Assembly (NCBI GenBank): GCA_963704725.1
Contig: OY969934.1
Coordinates: 1,728,001-1,792,000, forward strand
Origin: an uncultured Actinomycetes bacterium
Lineage (GTDB): Bacteria; Actinomycetota; UBA4738; HRBIN12
Reading direction: 5' to 3'
Length of the DNA stretch: 64,000 nucleotides
Position 1 is the first letter of the stretch; every line of letters begins with the position of its first letter. The position numbers and the translations under genes are program-made. The notes under the pieces were generated by a model. It was not told the DNA's origin. It made no database searches and worked only from the letters and a program-made list of their open reading frames with translations. Positions 60,463 to 64,000 of the stretch are shown here, piece by piece.

Positions 60463-62133
60463 CTAGAACAGACCGACCGTCCGGCCCGCCTCGTCCACGT
60501 CGACGCCGGTGAAGTTCGGGGTGCGCCCGAGCCCCGGCATCCGCTGCATGTCTCCGCACAGGACGACGAGGAACCCGGCCCCGGCGTTCGGCACGACCTC
60601 CCGGATCGGCAGCCGGAAGCCGCTCGGGCGGCCCTGCGCCGTAGGATCGTGCGACAGCGACAGGTGAGTCTTGGCCATGCAGACCGGCGCGTCGCCCATG
60701 CCGAGCGCCTCGATCCGGGCCAGGTCGCGCTCGGCCTTGGGCAGGTAGTCCACGCCCGCGGCCCCGTAGAGGCGGCGCGCGATCGCCTCGATCTGGCTGC
60801 GGGCGGGCGATCCGGCCGGCGTGAGGTGGGAGAAGGCGCCGGGGCGATCGCACGCGGCGACCACCGCCGTCGCGAGGTCGACCGCTCCCTCGCCGCCCCG
60901 GGCGAACCCGTCGTTGACGACGACCTCCTCGGCGCCGGCCTCCTTGGCCAGCCGTTCGAGAATCCCGATCTCGTCCTCGGTGTCGGTGGGGAAGCGGTTG
61001 ATCGAGACGACGCAGGGGACCCCGTACGTGCGGACGATGCCGATGTGCGCGGCCAGGTTCGGGGCGCCCGCCTCGAGCGCGCCGGGATCGGGACGGGTGA
61101 GCTCGCCGAACGCCGTCCCGCCGTGGGACTTGGTGGCGCGCACCGTCGTGACCAGGACGCCCGCGCTGGGGGCGAACCCGCCGAGGAGGCACACGATGTC
61201 GCAGAACTTCTGGAACCCCAGGTCCGAGCCGAACCCCGCCTCCGTCACGACGTAGTCGGCGAGCTTCAGGGCGATGCGGTCGGCCAGGACCGAGTTGTTG
61301 CCGTGCGCGATGTTGCCGAAGGGGCCCGTGTGGACGAGGACCGGCTGGCCCTCGAGGGTCTGCACGAGGTTGGGCTTGAGCGCGTCCTTCATGATCACGG
61401 TCATCGCCCCCGCCACCCGGAGGTCCTCGGCCGTGACGGGGGCGCCCGAACGCGTCTCGGCGACGACGATCCGGCCAAGACGCTGGCGGAGATCGGTCAG
61501 GCCGGACGCGAGCGCCAGCACGGCCATGAGCTCGGAGGCCGCGGTGATCACGAACTGGCTCTCCCGAGGGACGCCGTGCGCCTTGCCCCCCAGGCCGACC
61601 ACGGTGTATCGGAGCTCGCGATCGTTCACGTCGAGCGCTCGGGGCCAGGTGATCGTCGACGGATCGACGTCCAGCGGGTTGTCGTGCAGGAGCGACGCGT
61701 CGAGCGCTGCCGCGAGCAGGTTGTGGGCGGACGTCACGGCGTGCGAGTCGCCGTTCAGATGCAGGTTGATCTCCTCCATCGGGACGACCTGGGCGTAGCC
61801 TCCGCCGGTCCCGCCCCCCTTGATCCCGAACACCGGGCCCATCGACGGCTCCCGCAGGCAGAGCATCGTCCGCTTCCCGATCCGGCCGAGACCCTGCGTG
61901 AGCGAGATCGACGTCGTGGTCTTGCCCTCCCCGGCCTTGGTGGGCGTGATCGCGGTCGTGATGACCAGCCTGCCGTCGGGCCGGTCCCGCAGCCGCTCCA
62001 GGATCGACGGCGAGACCTTGGCCCGGTCGCGGCCGTAGGTCTCGAGCTCGTCCGCGGCGATCCCCGCCTCGGCGGCCACGTCCGCGATCGGACGGACGAC
62101 CGCTTCCTGCGCGATCTCCAGCCCGCTCTTCAT
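60463..62133 (-). CDS. fhs: Formate--tetrahydrofolate ligase
   Basis: TPTKAGEGKTT, REPSMGPVFGIKGG, GPFGNIAHG, TEAGFG, MAKTHLS, MPGL. Confidence 0.96.
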   Translation of the reverse strand: MKSGLEIAQEAVVRPIADVAAEAGIAADELETYGRDRAKVSPSILERLRDRPDGRLVITTAITPTKAGEGKTTTSISLTQGLGRIGKRTMLCLREPSMGPVFGIKGGGTGGGYAQVVPMEEINLHLNGDSHAVTSAHNLLAAALDASLLHDNPLDVDPSTITWPRALDVNDRELRYTVVGLGGKAHGVPRESQFVITAASELMAVLALASGLTDLRQRLGRIVVAETRSGAPVTAEDLRVAGAMTVIMKDALKPNLVQTLEGQPVLVHTGPFGNIAHGNNSVLADRIALKLADYVVTEAGFGSDLGFQKFCDIVCLLGGFAPSAGVLVTTVRATKSHGGTAFGELTRPDPGALEAGAPNLAAHIGIVRTYGVPCVVSINRFPTDTEDEIGILERLAKEAGAEEVVVNDGFARGGEGAVDLATAVVAACDRPGAFSHLTPAGSPARSQIEAIARRLYGAAGVDYLPKAERDLARIEALGMGDAPVCMAKTHLSLSHDPTAQGRPSGFRLPIREVVPNAGAGFLVVLCGDMQRMPGLGRTPNFTGVDVDEAGRTVGLF

Positions 62134-62258
62134 CGATCCTCCACTTGACCGGCGGTTCAAGAACGGGCGAGAGCTTACCCGCCGGTCCCGGGCCCCGATC
62201 CGCCCGGGGCGGCGGCGCGGGCGTCGACCGGCCGGCGGGGCGATGGGAAGATGGTCGG

Positions 62259-63104
62259 GTGGCTCGGACGATGCCGGTCCGCCGGAACGTGGCGCGCGTT
62301 CGCGCCCTGGCCGTCGACGGCGCCTCGGCGTTCGAACGCCCCGACGTCCTGGCCGCCGAGGAGCCGATGGAGATCCGCGTCCACGGCCCGGGGCAGGAGG
62401 CCATCGCCGTCGCGGTGACGATGCGCACCCCGGGGGGAGACTTCGAGCTCGCGGCCGGGTTCCTGTACACGGAGGCACTCGTGGACGGGACGGCGGACGT
62501 GCGTCGCGTCACCTACTGCGAGGACCTCGCGCCCGAGGAGCAGCACTACAACGTGGTCACCGTCGAGCTCACGCGTCCGTTCGACGCCGAGCGGCTCCGG
62601 CGGCGAAACTTCCTGGCGAGCTCCTCGTGCGGGATCTGCGGGAAGGCCACGCTCGACGACGTCGAGGTCCACTGCGCGCCGCTCGCGCCGGGGCCGGCCG
62701 TCGAGCGGGCGACGATCCTGGCCCTGCCCGACGCCATGCGGGCGACGCAGCGGGTGTTCGAGCAGACGGGCGGGCTCCACGCGGCGGGGTTGTTCTCCTC
62801 GGCCGGAGAGATGCTCACGCTCCGCGAGGACGTGGGGCGGCACAACGCCGTGGACAAGGTCGTGGGCGAGATGCTGCTCTCGGGCTCCCTGCCCCTGTCC
62901 GAGCGCATCCTGCAGGTCTCCGGACGCATCGGGTTCGAGATCGTCCAGAAGGCCGCCCGGGCCGGGATCCCCGTGATCAGCGCCGTCGGGGCGCCGTCCT
63001 CGCTCGCCGTCGAGGCCGCGGAGCGCCTGGGGATGACGCTCGTCGGGTTCGTTCGGGGAGAGCGGTTCAACGTCTACACGCACGCCGAGCGCATCACGAC
63101 CTGA
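62259..63104 (+). CDS. fdhD: Formate dehydrogenase accessory sulfurtransferase FdhD
   Basis: EEP, MRTPG, SSCGICG, TGGLHAA, EDVGRHNAVDK. Confidence 0.95.
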   Translation: MARTMPVRRNVARVRALAVDGASAFERPDVLAAEEPMEIRVHGPGQEAIAVAVTMRTPGGDFELAAGFLYTEALVDGTADVRRVTYCEDLAPEEQHYNVVTVELTRPFDAERLRRRNFLASSSCGICGKATLDDVEVHCAPLAPGPAVERATILALPDAMRATQRVFEQTGGLHAAGLFSSAGEMLTLREDVGRHNAVDKVVGEMLLSGSLPLSERILQVSGRIGFEIVQKAARAGIPVISAVGAPSSLAVEAAERLGMTLVGFVRGERFNVYTHAERITT

Positions 63105-63182
63105 GCCGAGGTCCCGGTCGCCCTTGAAGGTCGGCTTAGAATCGGCCGCGAGACGACATCCGGTGGAAAGGAGCGCGCCTCG

Positions 63183-64000
63183 ATGAGGAACGGGCTCGTG
63201 CGGCTCACCGAGCCGATGGTCCGCTCGAACGGCGGGTTCCGCCCGGCGACCTGGGACGAGGCCCTGGACCGGGCCGCGGATGGGTTGCGGGCGGCGATCG
63301 AGCGGAACCCCGGTTGGGGAGCCGGCCTGTTCAGCTGCTCGAAGGCCACGAACGAGATGAACTTCGTCGCCCAGAAGTTCGCTCGCCAGGTCCTCGGCAG
63401 CAACAACATCGACAGCTGCAACCGCACCTGACACGCTCCGTCGGTCGTCGGTCTGGCGGCCGTGTTGGGAGCCGGTGGCGGGACCAGCTCCTACGAGGAG
63501 ATCGAGCACACCGATCTCATCGTGCTGTGGGGATCGAATGCGCGAGAGACGCATCCGATCTTCTTCCACCACGTCCTGAAGGGCATCCGCAACGGGGCAC
63601 GGCTCATCGTGGTCGATCCGCGGCGGACGTCCTCTGCCGAATGGGCGGACCTGTGGCTCGGGATCGACGTCGGCGCGGACATCGCGCTCTCCAACACCGC
63701 TGCGCAGGAGATCCTCGCGAGCGGCCTGGAGAACGACGCGTTCATCGCGCGCGGCACCGAGGGGTTCGCGGCCTATCGGGATTCGGTGGCGGTGTGGAGC
63801 CTGGAGCGCGGCGAGCGCGTCACGGGCGTGCCGGCGGACGCGATCCGGGAGCTCGCGCATGCGCTCGCCACGGCCGACCGCGCGGTGATCTGCTGGACGC
63901 TCGGCATCACGGAGCACCACAACGCCGTCGACAACGTGCTCGGGCTGATCAACCTCGCCCTCCTCACCGGCCACGTGGGCCGGTACGGCAGCGGACTGAA
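63183..64000 (+). CDS. Selenocysteine-containing formate dehydrogenase catalytic (molybdopterin) subunit, partial at window end
   Basis: NNIDSCNRT-TGA-HAPSVVGL...WGSNARETHP...VVDPRRT; frame stays open from the TGA (63429-63431) to the window end. Confidence 0.9.
63443..63461 (+). other. Bacterial SECIS element
   Basis: GGTCGTC-GGTCT-GGCGGCC hairpin 11 nt after the UGA, similar in spacing and GGUC loop to the E. coli fdhF SECIS. Confidence 0.7.

Noticed and set aside
63429-63431. Nonsense mutation making fdh a pseudogene
   Set aside because: The TGA sits exactly at the catalytic Cys/Sec position and is followed by a SECIS-like hairpin

Overview
This is very GC-rich DNA with actinobacterial markers (WhiB, Rv2191-like DEDD/GIY-YIG nuclease, MDMPI, DUF222-HNH, SRPBCC-ArsA-ROK block), probably a deep-branching Actinomycetota chromosome (inference). 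Most of it is housekeeping: SUF Fe-S assembly, metH, 2-oxoacid:ferredoxin oxidoreductase, heptose enzymes, and C1/folate genes ending in a selenocysteine formate dehydrogenase. The main accessory feature is an ~11.8-kb block (4959-16765) separating sufB from sufD. It carries a type I restriction-modification system whose HsdR has a C-terminal Schlafen/AlbA_2 domain. Seven small genes sit between hsdS and hsdR: a GIY-YIG nuclease with a Zn-ribbon partner, vapBC, DUF3024, and a DUF5678-like protein plus a retropepsin-like protease that overlap into hsdR. Non-coding signals read from the sequence are four copies of an IscR/Rrf2-like operator before sulfur/Fe-S genes, a Cys-rich leader ORF with a terminator, two perfect LexA boxes, and an in-frame UGA with a SECIS-like hairpin. 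No rRNA, tRNA, CRISPR array, integrase or transposase was recognised. Family assignments come from motif recognition by eye, not database searches.
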